NCBI GenBank assembly: GCA_038279365.1
Contig: JAYODI010000006.1
Location: 4,354-68,353 of the forward strand
Reading direction: 5' to 3'
Source: Candidatus Latescibacterota bacterium
GTDB taxonomy: Bacteria; Latescibacterota; UBA2968
Length of the DNA stretch: 64,000 nt
Below are positions 19,704 to 28,355 of the stretch, one piece after another. The position numbers were made by a program, and so were the translations under genes. The number at the start of each line of letters is the position of its first letter. Position 1 is the first letter of the stretch. A model generated the notes under the pieces. It searched no databases. It was not told the DNA's origin and saw only the letters and a program-made list of their open reading frames with translations.

Positions 19704-20252
19704 ATGGCCGATGAAAACACGCCTGATGAAAATGATGTTGAAGCCGAAATGATGCGCATGATGCAAGAAGAATTATCTGGCGATGACGCAGAAAGCACAG
19801 GCTCAGAAGAAGACGATGCGTTGGCAGAAATGGCTGCCGCCTTGGGAGGTGGCGACGATGGGGGCAACATTGACGAAATGCTTGAGCAAGAAATGCTCAA
19901 GGCCATGCAAAATGATACCGGAGATGATTCCGGCGCTCATTTTGGTGCCCTCCCTGCTTTTGGGGGTGGCGCATCTGTCTCCCAAAACGCCGATGGCATT
20001 GAACGTTTGGCAGATGTTGAAGTCAATGTAACAGTAGAATTAGGTGGTGCCTCCATCGAAATCAAAGACATTATGCAATGGACCAGCGATTCTATTGTCG
20101 AACTCGAAGCCCAAGAAAGTGACCCCGTAGACATACTCGTCAATGGCAAACTATTTGCCAAGGGCGAAGTGGTCGTTGTGGCCGACACATTTGGCGTTCG
20201 TATTATAGAGCTTGTTGACCCAACAATAGAGCCAACCTTTAGACATCAATAA
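19704..20252 (+). CDS. fliN: flagellar motor switch protein FliN (SpoA domain) with acidic N-terminal extension
   Basis: LADVEVNVTVELG...PVDILVNGKLFAKGEVVVV..FGVRI; AAGGAGG RBS. Confidence 0.9.
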   Translation: MADENTPDENDVEAEMMRMMQEELSGDDAESTGSEEDDALAEMAAALGGGDDGGNIDEMLEQEMLKAMQNDTGDDSGAHFGALPAFGGGASVSQNADGIERLADVEVNVTVELGGASIEIKDIMQWTSDSIVELEAQESDPVDILVNGKLFAKGEVVVVADTFGVRIIELVDPTIEPTFRHQ

Positions 20253-20268
20253 ACGCAATCTTGACTGC

Positions 20269-20314
20269 AATAAAAAAAGCGGTGTGCTCACTTGGAGCAC
20301 ACCGCTTTTTTATT
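20269..20314. terminator. bidirectional terminator between fliN and fliL
   Basis: AATAAAAAAAGCGGTGTGCTC/GAGCACACCGCTTTTTTATT. Confidence 0.92.
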
Positions 20315-20322
20315 TCTCTTTT

Positions 20323-20889
20323 TTACTCGCTCTTATATCCTGGCAGTGCTTGTATGGTTAATCGGCTAAAATAAATATCCACCACCTGCCCCTCATATAA
20401 CAACTCATTCACACGCAACTTCATGCGCTCCTTGACCACATCGCGTCCATCTCTTCCAGACAATTCTTTTGGCGTAGCATGTGTAAACTCATAAACAATC
20501 GCATCTTTTACTTGATCTATTTTGGCGTCATCTTCAATTTCACCCTTTGCATCATCTGGTGACACAGCCAAGGTCACATCGACCGTCACCAACAATCGCA
20601 AATTCTCAGAACGCGGGTTGATCACAAACTTGCCCATGTCAACGCTGTCTTCTGGCTCATTGCTTTCAGGAATAACGCGTGGGCGCTCACCAAGCTCCCC
20701 TTCTGCACCGCCATCTTTTTGAAACAAAAATCGCTCAATTCCCCAATAAACGCCCACTGCTTGTAACGCCAGAATAATGATTACAATTGGAAAATATCGC
20801 AACAAACTGGGCTGCTTAACCGGCGCAGCAGGTGGGGCGGCAGCACCTTGGGGGGCATCTTCTTCTGGGTCATCTTCCTCTTCTGCCAT
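20323..20889 (-). CDS. fliL: flagellar basal body-associated protein FliL
   Basis: single N-terminal TM, FVINP, VKDAI..., EL..RDGR..VKERM..RVNELL..GQV.DIYF. Confidence 0.85.
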   Translation of the reverse strand: MAEEEDDPEEDAPQGAAAPPAAPVKQPSLLRYFPIVIIILALQAVGVYWGIERFLFQKDGGAEGELGERPRVIPESNEPEDSVDMGKFVINPRSENLRLLVTVDVTLAVSPDDAKGEIEDDAKIDQVKDAIVYEFTHATPKELSGRDGRDVVKERMKLRVNELLYEGQVVDIYFSRLTIQALPGYKSE

Positions 20890-20940
20890 AGATGAAAAAT
20901 CACTTTCAGTCCAAAAGCCAAACCACAACCAACATCTTAT

Positions 20941-21270
20941 TTACTCTACAGTTTCATCGGTTTCCACACGATGCCGCGTAGGTCTCCGAGAAGCCTGTTG
21001 TTGGCGAAATTGATTAACCTCTTGTTCCATCTTTTTTTCTGTCTGCTCCAACGTATCAGATTCAGACTTAAGATCGGCCAACTGCTCAGCCAACTCTTCT
21101 GCACGGGCCTCATATTCTTCAGCTTGCACAGCCACATCTTGCTGGTTACTCAGTGCAATCTCAATTTGGGCTTGGATGTTATCGACTTGACGACGATAAA
21201 CCATTAAAATCTGCACCGTCCAAGTTACAAAGGCGATGATAAGAATTAAGTAAATCCATTCCAAAAGCAT
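20941..21270 (-). CDS. hypothetical membrane-anchored coiled-coil protein
   Basis: N-terminal TM followed by a Q/E-rich heptad helix; AAGGA RBS; lies between the kinase and fliL. Confidence 0.8.
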   Translation of the reverse strand: MLLEWIYLILIIAFVTWTVQILMVYRRQVDNIQAQIEIALSNQQDVAVQAEEYEARAEELAEQLADLKSESDTLEQTEKKMEQEVNQFRQQQASRRPTRHRVETDETVE

Positions 21271-21288
21271 TTCCTTAAAAAAGTGGGC

Positions 21289-22548
21289 CTATACCTGACT
21301 TTTGGCAACCGGAACACGCACCAAAAATGTAGCACCTTCACCTATTCGATTTTGCAATTCGATCTCGCCGGCATGGGCATTGACAATGCGCTGACAAATA
21401 GCCAACCCCAACCCCGTGCCTTTGTCTTTTGCCTTGGTGGTAAAAAACGCTTTAAAAACATCGGCCTCTTTGTTTGCAGGAACCCCACCTCCCGTATCAG
21501 TAACCTCCACCTCAACATACCGCTTGCCCAATTTATCCACTTCTCGCGTTGCCAATCTCAGCGTACCTCCCCGCTGGCCCTGCATGGCTTGGGCAGCATT
21601 TTGAATCAAGTTCATAAAGACCTGTTCCAAACGATTTGCATTGCCCAACACTGGCGACAACTCTGCCGCCATCTGCTGTTTGATCGTGACGCCAAATTTG
21701 ACCAACAGACGCTCTGTAAGCATCAAGGCTTCTAACAAGACCCGATGGATATCCACCTCACCAAAAGAATCGGCATCACCCCGCGCATAATTTTGAATGC
21801 TATCGACCAAACTGGTAATGCGCTCCGTTTGCCGCACGATCACCCGAGATGCGTCCAACACATCCGATATTTCTGGAAATTTTACGGCCAAAATTTCGGC
21901 ATTGCCCATAATAACAGCCAATGGATTTTGAATATCATGTGCAACCGTACCTGCCAACAATCCCAACACCGACAGTTTTTCAGTCAACAACACCTGATCA
22001 TAAGCTTCTGATAATTTGTGGTTGGTGGTACGCAATTCATCAACCAACAATGCATTTTCCAATGCAACAGCGACCCCTGCGGCCATTGCCTGTAACAAAG
22101 CCTCATCGTCTTCATCAAATAGGCCCGACTTTTTGTTTAACACCGCAAAAGCACCAATCACTTGCCCCATACGCCCCCGTAAAGGACAACACAACATCGA
22201 GCGCGTTGTATATCCATGTTTTTGATCCCAGGTGGGGTCAAATTCAGGCATTTCATATGCGTCGGCCACATTTAAAATATGACCAGAAGATACCACAAGG
22301 CCCGCAATGCCGCGGTTGGCCGGCATACGAATTTCATCTATTCCTTGCGCAACCCGCGTCCATAGCTCATCTTTAACCCGATCTACCACATAAACACTGC
22401 ACCGATCAGCTACCATGACCTGTACGGCAGCTTCTGCGATCAGAGCCAGCAATTTATCTAAATCTAATTCGCGAGCCAATTCTCGGTTGACATCCAACAG
22501 CGTTTCCAACTTTTCTAACCGCTGTAACAAAGGTATATTCTGATCCAT
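21289..22548 (-). CDS. GAF-domain sensor histidine kinase
   Basis: GAF (GIAGLVV..G..LNVADAY, TRSMLCCPL, NKKSG.FDEDD), H-box AHDIQNPL, NLIQNAAQA, FFTTK, GTGLGL. Confidence 0.93.
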   Translation of the reverse strand: MDQNIPLLQRLEKLETLLDVNRELARELDLDKLLALIAEAAVQVMVADRCSVYVVDRVKDELWTRVAQGIDEIRMPANRGIAGLVVSSGHILNVADAYEMPEFDPTWDQKHGYTTRSMLCCPLRGRMGQVIGAFAVLNKKSGLFDEDDEALLQAMAAGVAVALENALLVDELRTTNHKLSEAYDQVLLTEKLSVLGLLAGTVAHDIQNPLAVIMGNAEILAVKFPEISDVLDASRVIVRQTERITSLVDSIQNYARGDADSFGEVDIHRVLLEALMLTERLLVKFGVTIKQQMAAELSPVLGNANRLEQVFMNLIQNAAQAMQGQRGGTLRLATREVDKLGKRYVEVEVTDTGGGVPANKEADVFKAFFTTKAKDKGTGLGLAICQRIVNAHAGEIELQNRIGEGATFLVRVPVAKSQV

Positions 22549-22580
22549 ATCCACCCAATTATGAAAACAAACAACCGACC

Positions 22581-23273
22581 ATGAAACCACGCATATCTGT
22601 TATTATACCCGTATTTAACGAACAAGATGCCATCGAAAAGGTCATTGGGGAAATTCCCAAAGAACTCGTGACCGAAATCTTGGTGGTAGACAATGGATCA
22701 ACCGATCAAACCGCACGTTTGGCCACCCAAATGGGTGCCAAAGTTATTCGAGAAGACCGCCGAGGATATGGATGGGCTTGTTTGGCAGGTATGGCTGCCG
22801 TTGACAACCCCAATATTGTGGTCTTTCTCGATGGCGACTACAGCGACCACCCCAATGAGATGACGGCACTTGTGGCTCCCATTTTAGAAAACCGTGCCGA
22901 TCTGGTCATTGGTTCTCGCGTTTTGGGAAATCGGGAACCCGGTGCGCTCTTGCCTCAAGCGCGTTTTGGAAACTGGTTGGCCACCCGCCTGATTCGCTGG
23001 TTCTACGGGGTTGCACACACCGATTTGGGCCCTTTTCGCGCCATTGCTCATCCAGCTCTCCAGCAAATCAACATGCAAGATAAAACGTTTGGCTGGACAG
23101 TTGAAATGCAAGTCAAGGCCGCAAAATTGGGTTTAAAAGCCACAGAAATACCCGTGAGTTATCGACGGCGAATTGGCGTTTCAAAAATTACAGGCACACT
23201 CAAGGGCACCGTAAAAGCTGGCTGGAAAATCTTATACACCATCTTCAAGTATACACTTGTTGGCGTAAAATAA
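22581..23273 (+). CDS. glycosyltransferase family 2 (DPM synthase-like)
   Basis: ISVIIPVFNE, VVDNGSTD, FLDGD, DLVIGSR, GWTVEMQ. Confidence 0.93.
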   Translation: MKPRISVIIPVFNEQDAIEKVIGEIPKELVTEILVVDNGSTDQTARLATQMGAKVIREDRRGYGWACLAGMAAVDNPNIVVFLDGDYSDHPNEMTALVAPILENRADLVIGSRVLGNREPGALLPQARFGNWLATRLIRWFYGVAHTDLGPFRAIAHPALQQINMQDKTFGWTVEMQVKAAKLGLKATEIPVSYRRRIGVSKITGTLKGTVKAGWKILYTIFKYTLVGVK

Positions 23274-23313
23274 AGCCCATCATCCAAACAAAAATGCGCC
23301 CAACAAAGGCGCA

Positions 23314-23766
23314 TTACTTTTGAGCACGCAACATAAACCGAATTGTTTTGGCAAATGCTTCTGCTCCCTGCTGACTAATTTGAAAGGTCTCTTGGCGCCG
23401 TACCATTTCGCGAAGGGCCATCATACACCGCACCTTAGGTGGACCATCTAAGCGCACAGCCTGAACCATTGCTCGCCCGGGTTTGGGCACTGACACCTCA
23501 ACGGGTGCAGAAACAGGCACGGGCGTTGGGCGCTCATCTTCTTCGGGCCACCAACGAATAAAGAAATAGAGCGTAAATGAAACCAAAAAAATCGACATCA
23601 ACATAGAACCAACGGGCAACAGACCATAATAAAAAGCCACCACACCCAACACACCCATCCCCACGCCCAACATCATAATCCAACGCGACAGATTATTGGC
23701 CACCACCTGCAATGGCCCAACGCCCGCATCCATCTGTTTTGCCTTTTCTTTAAGCGGCTTCTCCAT
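23314..23766 (-). CDS. hypothetical membrane protein (2 TM), overlapping the zapA end
   Basis: two hydrophobic helices, Pro-rich linker, amphipathic C-terminus; start uncertain (23766 or 23733). Confidence 0.7.
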   Translation of the reverse strand: MEKPLKEKAKQMDAGVGPLQVVANNLSRWIMMLGVGMGVLGVVAFYYGLLPVGSMLMSIFLVSFTLYFFIRWWPEEDERPTPVPVSAPVEVSVPKPGRAMVQAVRLDGPPKVRCMMALREMVRRQETFQISQQGAEAFAKTIRFMLRAQK

Positions 23767-24067
23767 CTTTTTGTACCCCATCCAAAAACTGCCCCAAGCG
23801 CTTCACGGCAGAAATCGTTCGCGTTTGATCCACATCTTGCATGGCGCGGTGTTGAAACAAACGATCCGCAATATCTAAAGCTGCCATAATGGCCACTTTT
23901 GCCGTATCGCCAATGTTCATCTCGTGCGCAATTTCCTTCATCCGCCGATCCACATAACCTGAAATTTTATGGGTATAGGCTTCCGATTCACTGCTTTTAA
24001 GTACATATTCTTGACCAAAAATGATCACACGCGTAATATGTACATCATAATCGTCCATTTTGGGCAT
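23750..24067 (-). CDS. zapA: cell division protein ZapA
   Basis: VIIFGQEY.L, ISGYVDRRMKEI, KVAIMAALDIAD. Confidence 0.92.
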   Translation of the reverse strand: MPKMDDYDVHITRVIIFGQEYVLKSSESEAYTHKISGYVDRRMKEIAHEMNIGDTAKVAIMAALDIADRLFQHRAMQDVDQTRTISAVKRLGQFLDGVQKDGEAA

Positions 24068-24241
24068 AACTTAACTCGCAAAAAGAAGCGTGTGTCGAGC
24101 GTGCAAGATCATACTTGCTGCTGGGGGGCATTGCTCGTACCATTTCTTCTTAAAAAAAATAAGGGAGTGCTTTTAAATCTAAGCAGATTCGCTTTGGATT
24201 GTCAAGCACCATAAAAAATTAAAAAAAATTAAAAAAATAAC

Positions 24242-24269
24242 TCAAGAAATGATATGGACCTGTCGATAC
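24242..24269 (+). promoter_or_regulatory. putative sigma28 promoter
   Basis: TCAAG-N15-GTCGATAC preceded by an A-rich tract; same -35 as the flagellin promoter. Confidence 0.55.
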
Positions 24270-24386
24270 TATGAGAGAGGGGTTGAGTTTTCTTTTTTCA
24301 CTGAAGATTTCCACTTCGCCATTGGCCGGCACAGTTTGAAACTCAACCCCGTTTTGCCGGTCTACACAATTGTAAGGTGGTTCAAT

Positions 24387-24866
24387 ATGCCGGGTCCTGT
24401 TACGTCAACAACTGATATCATCCCAAATACACCACCGCCCCAACCTGCTCCACCCCCAACAACCGAACCAACGCCCCAATCGCCACCTGAAGATATTGTT
24501 GATATCTCCATTCAAGGCGATCCCAATGGCACATCTGCCAATACGGGGTTACAGACCTATGGCCCCCCATCAATAAAAGACCAGTTTCGTTTTGATATAG
24601 AAAATGGGCGATTTAGCAACCGTGGGCGTTACACACCATTAACCACCAACTTCGAAACCGTTGCAAAATCGACCTATCACTCACGTGCCAATTTGGGCGG
24701 GCAAGTCAACGGACTTTCAGGGCACAGCAGCGCCCAGGCCACATTGTTTGCCCTGGGGTATCAAGACGCATCTCCAGATTCAACGCACGCCTCAAGCAAT
24801 GTAGAAGCCCGGGCCCAAGAAACACGACGCATCAACAGCAACTTGGATCTTCTCAACATGCTTTAA
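24387..24866 (+). CDS. hypothetical protein with Pro-rich N-terminus
   Basis: ATG after AAGGTGG; 159 aa; followed by a terminator. Confidence 0.75.
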   Translation: MPGPVTSTTDIIPNTPPPQPAPPPTTEPTPQSPPEDIVDISIQGDPNGTSANTGLQTYGPPSIKDQFRFDIENGRFSNRGRYTPLTTNFETVAKSTYHSRANLGGQVNGLSGHSSAQATLFALGYQDASPDSTHASSNVEARAQETRRINSNLDLLNML

Positions 24867-24885
24867 ACAAGATTCCCCGTAAAAC

Positions 24886-24920
24886 AAAAAGGCCGAAGCG
24901 ATTGCGCTTCGGCCTTTTTT
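24886..24920. terminator. bidirectional terminator
   Basis: AAAAAGGCCGAAGCG/CGCTTCGGCCTTTTTT. Confidence 0.9.
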
Positions 24921-24934
24921 AATGCCCTGCCATC

Positions 24935-25183
24935 CTACGAAGACTTGGCCATTGGATCTGTCCTGACAACACCATCGGTTGCAGGCACTTCGATCTCCAC
25001 GATCCACCCCTTCATCACCTTTCCCATCACCACAATTTCGCGCGGTGCTTTGTGAAGCAATTTGGCGTCTTTAGACACACGTTCCAACGCACGACAATTG
25101 TCGTCATCAACACAAAAATAACGCTGCACACGTCCTTCGGGAATGCCACCCAATCGGTCTATGGCTTTGGAAGTTTCTGACAT
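24935..25183 (-). CDS. small hypothetical protein downstream of nadD
   Basis: 82-aa ORF starting 10 nt after the nadD stop and ending just before the terminator. Confidence 0.65.
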   Translation of the reverse strand: MSETSKAIDRLGGIPEGRVQRYFCVDDDNCRALERVSKDAKLLHKAPREIVVMGKVMKGWIVEIEVPATDGVVRTDPMAKSS

Positions 25184-25193
25184 CGTATTGTCT

Positions 25194-25781
25194 CTATTGG
25201 TAAAGGTTGTGTGTTTCAATATATTCGATGACCGCATTGGGAACCCAATAGCGAATAGGCCACCCCATTCTTACGCGCTCGCGAATAACCGTAGACGATA
25301 TTTCCAGCAACGGCGTTTTGACAAATTGCATTTTTGCTTTTAAAATGGGGTCGATACCCTCACGGTCAAAATGGGGGCGTTCGGCCACCAACACTTGAGC
25401 CAAATCCAAAACACCTTCAGGATTGTGCCAAGACCGCATATCCACGGCATTGTCGGCCCCAATAATTAAAAAGAGCGAAACGCCATTCCCCATTTCATTG
25501 CGCAATGTGCGCAACGTATCAACCGTATAAGACTTGCCTGCACGTTCTAATTCAAACAAGCTCACCGAAAATTTATCGTGGTCATCCAAGGCCAGACGCA
25601 CCATTTCTGCACGATCTTGTGCAGTGGCCATGCCTGAATATTGCTTGTGTGGCGGTATGCCAGACGGCATAAAGATCAAGTGGTCGAGTTGACATTGCAA
25701 AAACACCTCTTGGCCTACCAAGAGGTGTCCCATATGAATGGGGTCGAATGTGCCCCCATAAATCCCTACGCGCCCAGTCAT
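25194..25781 (-). CDS. nadD: nicotinate-nucleotide adenylyltransferase
   Basis: GGTFDPIHMGH, PPHK, SYTVDTL, IIGAD, ISST.IR. Confidence 0.97.
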   Translation of the reverse strand: MTGRVGIYGGTFDPIHMGHLLVGQEVFLQCQLDHLIFMPSGIPPHKQYSGMATAQDRAEMVRLALDDHDKFSVSLFELERAGKSYTVDTLRTLRNEMGNGVSLFLIIGADNAVDMRSWHNPEGVLDLAQVLVAERPHFDREGIDPILKAKMQFVKTPLLEISSTVIRERVRMGWPIRYWVPNAVIEYIETHNLYQ

Positions 25782-25789
25782 AATAGCCG

Positions 25790-26548
25790 TTAATTTTTCT
25801 GCAAGTCTTTTTGCACCTTCACCGTTAAATCAATCACCATTTTTTTGAGCTTAGGCTCCAAATCTTGTCCAGACAACAGAGTCAGGTCGTTTAAAGCACC
25901 TTTGAGATCTTGGGTTTTGATCTTCACTTTTGCAAGAACAAATTGGGCTTCTAACGCCGCCTCTGTATTCGGAAACTTTTCTATAATGGCGTCCGAATAC
26001 AACTTTGCAGATGTGACATAGCCCCACTTTAGATAATTGTGGGCAATTTCAACATCTCTTAATGCCAGCTTGTTACGCAATTGTGTCACACGCGCTTGTG
26101 CGTCTTTGACAAGGTCACTGTTGGGGTAATCTTCTATAAAGCGCGTAAACTCCTGAATCGCTTTGTTTGTTTCATTTTGGTCGTGGTGAATGTCTCGTGC
26201 TTGCTGAAAATATGATTCCCCAATTTGAAAACGTGCAGCAGGAGCATAGGGGCTTACCGGATATTCATTCAACAAACGTTCAAATTCAAAAATAGCGACC
26301 AAATATTCTTCTCGACATTGTGCAGCCTGCCCCAACCCAAATTGGGCATCATCTGTCAAATGGGATCCCGGAAAATCCATTAACATATTGCGAAAGAGCA
26401 ACTCCGCAGGATAACATTTGCCATCTTTCAATGCTTTTTGCCCATTTTCATAATAGATTTCTGGGCTTGACCGCCGATACTTATTTTGGGCACATCCGCC
26501 AGATAAAGCAAGCAGTGCCGCACACCCCACAATCAAAAATCGTTTCAT
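25790..26548 (-). CDS. bamD: outer membrane protein assembly factor BamD
   Basis: lipobox LSGGC, TPR repeats, DQNET.KAIQEF..FI..YPNS, LRNKLA..DVEIA..Y. Confidence 0.88.
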   Translation of the reverse strand: MKRFLIVGCAALLALSGGCAQNKYRRSSPEIYYENGQKALKDGKCYPAELLFRNMLMDFPGSHLTDDAQFGLGQAAQCREEYLVAIFEFERLLNEYPVSPYAPAARFQIGESYFQQARDIHHDQNETNKAIQEFTRFIEDYPNSDLVKDAQARVTQLRNKLALRDVEIAHNYLKWGYVTSAKLYSDAIIEKFPNTEAALEAQFVLAKVKIKTQDLKGALNDLTLLSGQDLEPKLKKMVIDLTVKVQKDLQKN

Positions 26549-26572
26549 AACCCTCACAATCGCCAAATTTAC

Positions 26573-27337
26573 TTATGGGCCAGCATTTTGAGCCGCACGA
26601 ATTCGGCGAATATATGCCTCCGCCCTCCCAATGTATTCACTGTTCGGATAATCAATCTTCAGTCGATTAAACTCGACCAACGCACTGTCAAAGTTGCCCA
26701 ACTGGTGATAAGACTGCCCCAACATAAACTGTGCGTCATCATCCTTTTCTGTTTTGTCAAACTGAAAAACTTTATGAAATGCATCTAAGGCCGTTTGATA
26801 ATTCTTTTGTCCATACTCACATTCGCCAATCCAATATTGCGCATTGTCGGCCAAGTTGCTGTTGGGATAATCGGTCAATAGACGTTCAAACAGATCTTGA
26901 GCCGTCTCATATTTTCGGTCATAATACGCACTTAAACCTTGCTCATACAACCGATCCAGGCTCACAGCAGGAACCATGGTGGTGTTGGTTTTAGGCATTT
27001 GTGCAGATGGTGTTGGAGCCATCATCTCTTGAGGTGCATTTTGCACTTGTTTGCTCAATGCTTCCAATTGCTCGGCCAAAACCATAACCCGTGTGGCCAA
27101 ATCACCGTGTGATGTTTCAATGCCCGTAAAACGGGTGACCAACTCGGCTTCCAACAACCCAACGCGCGTTTCCAAATCCTGAATGCGCCGTTCCAAAAGC
27201 GGCATGGTTTCTACTGCACTGTTGCGCATCAAAGCATCTTTGGGTGGATCACCAAACTCTTCATACCGCGTACTGGCACACCCCAAACCAAATACGACCA
27301 ACAACACATACCTGCAAATTGTATAAAAATGTGTCAC
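26573..27337 (-). CDS. cpoB: Tol-Pal system protein CpoB/YbgF
   Basis: N-terminal signal/lipobox, coiled coil, TPR YPNSNLADNAQYWIGE. Confidence 0.88.
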   Translation of the reverse strand: MTHFYTICRYVLLVVFGLGCASTRYEEFGDPPKDALMRNSAVETMPLLERRIQDLETRVGLLEAELVTRFTGIETSHGDLATRVMVLAEQLEALSKQVQNAPQEMMAPTPSAQMPKTNTTMVPAVSLDRLYEQGLSAYYDRKYETAQDLFERLLTDYPNSNLADNAQYWIGECEYGQKNYQTALDAFHKVFQFDKTEKDDDAQFMLGQSYHQLGNFDSALVEFNRLKIDYPNSEYIGRAEAYIRRIRAAQNAGP

Positions 27338-27532
27338 ACGTCCCCCTCGTTCATAAACGATACAGCATCAGGATTGTTCCACCTGGCCATTTTAACTGTG
27401 CTGAGGTTTTGGTTTTTCCGCAAGGGGAAATCGCGGTCAAATCGCAGTACAACACCCTCATCAACAAAGGCTTACCCAAAATAAGCAAACGACCCAAACA
27501 AGTCAAGAACCGTCACCCAAATGCGTTGCAAC

Positions 27533-27561
27533 TTGACCGAAAGATAGACAAAGACTACCTT
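27533..27561 (+). promoter_or_regulatory. putative sigma70 promoter (leaderless transcript)
   Basis: TTGACC-N17-TACCTT; ATG at 27568 is at the expected +1. Confidence 0.5.
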
Positions 27562-27567
27562 TTGGCC

Positions 27568-28347
27568 ATGAATTTTAACATCAAAAAACAGGTACAAAAA
27601 GGGTATTCTCGCGCTTGGGTGGTCGATAAGTATGCGGTTGTTGGGTTGTGGCCATCCGAAGACGAACTCTTCCAAAAGTTTTGGCCATATGGCACCCGCG
27701 TTTTAGATCTGGGCTGCGGTGCAGGCAGAACCACCCTCCCCATTGCCCAACAAGACTATTGGGTAACAGGAGCAGACATTTCTTTTCCGATGGTCCAACG
27801 AGCACGCGATCAAGCCGAACGTTGGCGCTTGCCCATTACCTGGGCCACATTAGATGCAACAGACTTGCCATTTGCCAATGAAACTTTTGGCGCCGTGCTT
27901 TTTTCATACAATGGTATTGAACTGGTTCCCGATGGCAAATTGGGCAAACAACGTGTTTTGAGTGAAGTTTGGCGTGTATTAAAACCAGGTGGTCATTTCA
28001 TTTTTACCACACACGCCATAGAGGCCTTGAACCAATATACCTTTCTTCGTTTTTCACGCCTCATTTCCTTTCTCGTTTCAAAAACGTTGCGACGCCCCAC
28101 CTTAGAAAAAGAAATTGGCGAAGTGGTGAACGACCCCAACCGCAATTTGGAAGTCTATTATATGCAAATCATTTCGCCACGCACCTATCGCAAAATGCTC
28201 GCCAACACGGGTTTTGAAGTGGTCTATTACAACAGCAGGCAACGCATCGACCAACAAAAACCGCCCAGTTGGATTGCCGATATAGACCCCGATTTTAAAT
28301 TTTATGTCGCAAGAAAGCCCATTGCCCCTTCAATCTGTGACCCTTGA
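27568..28347 (+). CDS. class I SAM-dependent methyltransferase
   Basis: VLDLGCGAGRT, GADIS, DATDLPF, RVLKPGG. Confidence 0.92.
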   Translation: MNFNIKKQVQKGYSRAWVVDKYAVVGLWPSEDELFQKFWPYGTRVLDLGCGAGRTTLPIAQQDYWVTGADISFPMVQRARDQAERWRLPITWATLDATDLPFANETFGAVLFSYNGIELVPDGKLGKQRVLSEVWRVLKPGGHFIFTTHAIEALNQYTFLRFSRLISFLVSKTLRRPTLEKEIGEVVNDPNRNLEVYYMQIISPRTYRKMLANTGFEVVYYNSRQRIDQQKPPSWIADIDPDFKFYVARKPIAPSICDP

Positions 28348-28355
28348 GGTTTCCA

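Noticed and set aside
23280-24240. 6S RNA next to zapA
   Set aside because: The downstream side of zapA is occupied by an overlapping ORF and no ~180-nt rod with a central bubble is visible.
27244-27567. N-terminal extension of the methyltransferase ORF
   Set aside because: Overlaps the divergent cpoB start, has no domain-like pattern and contains the likely promoter.
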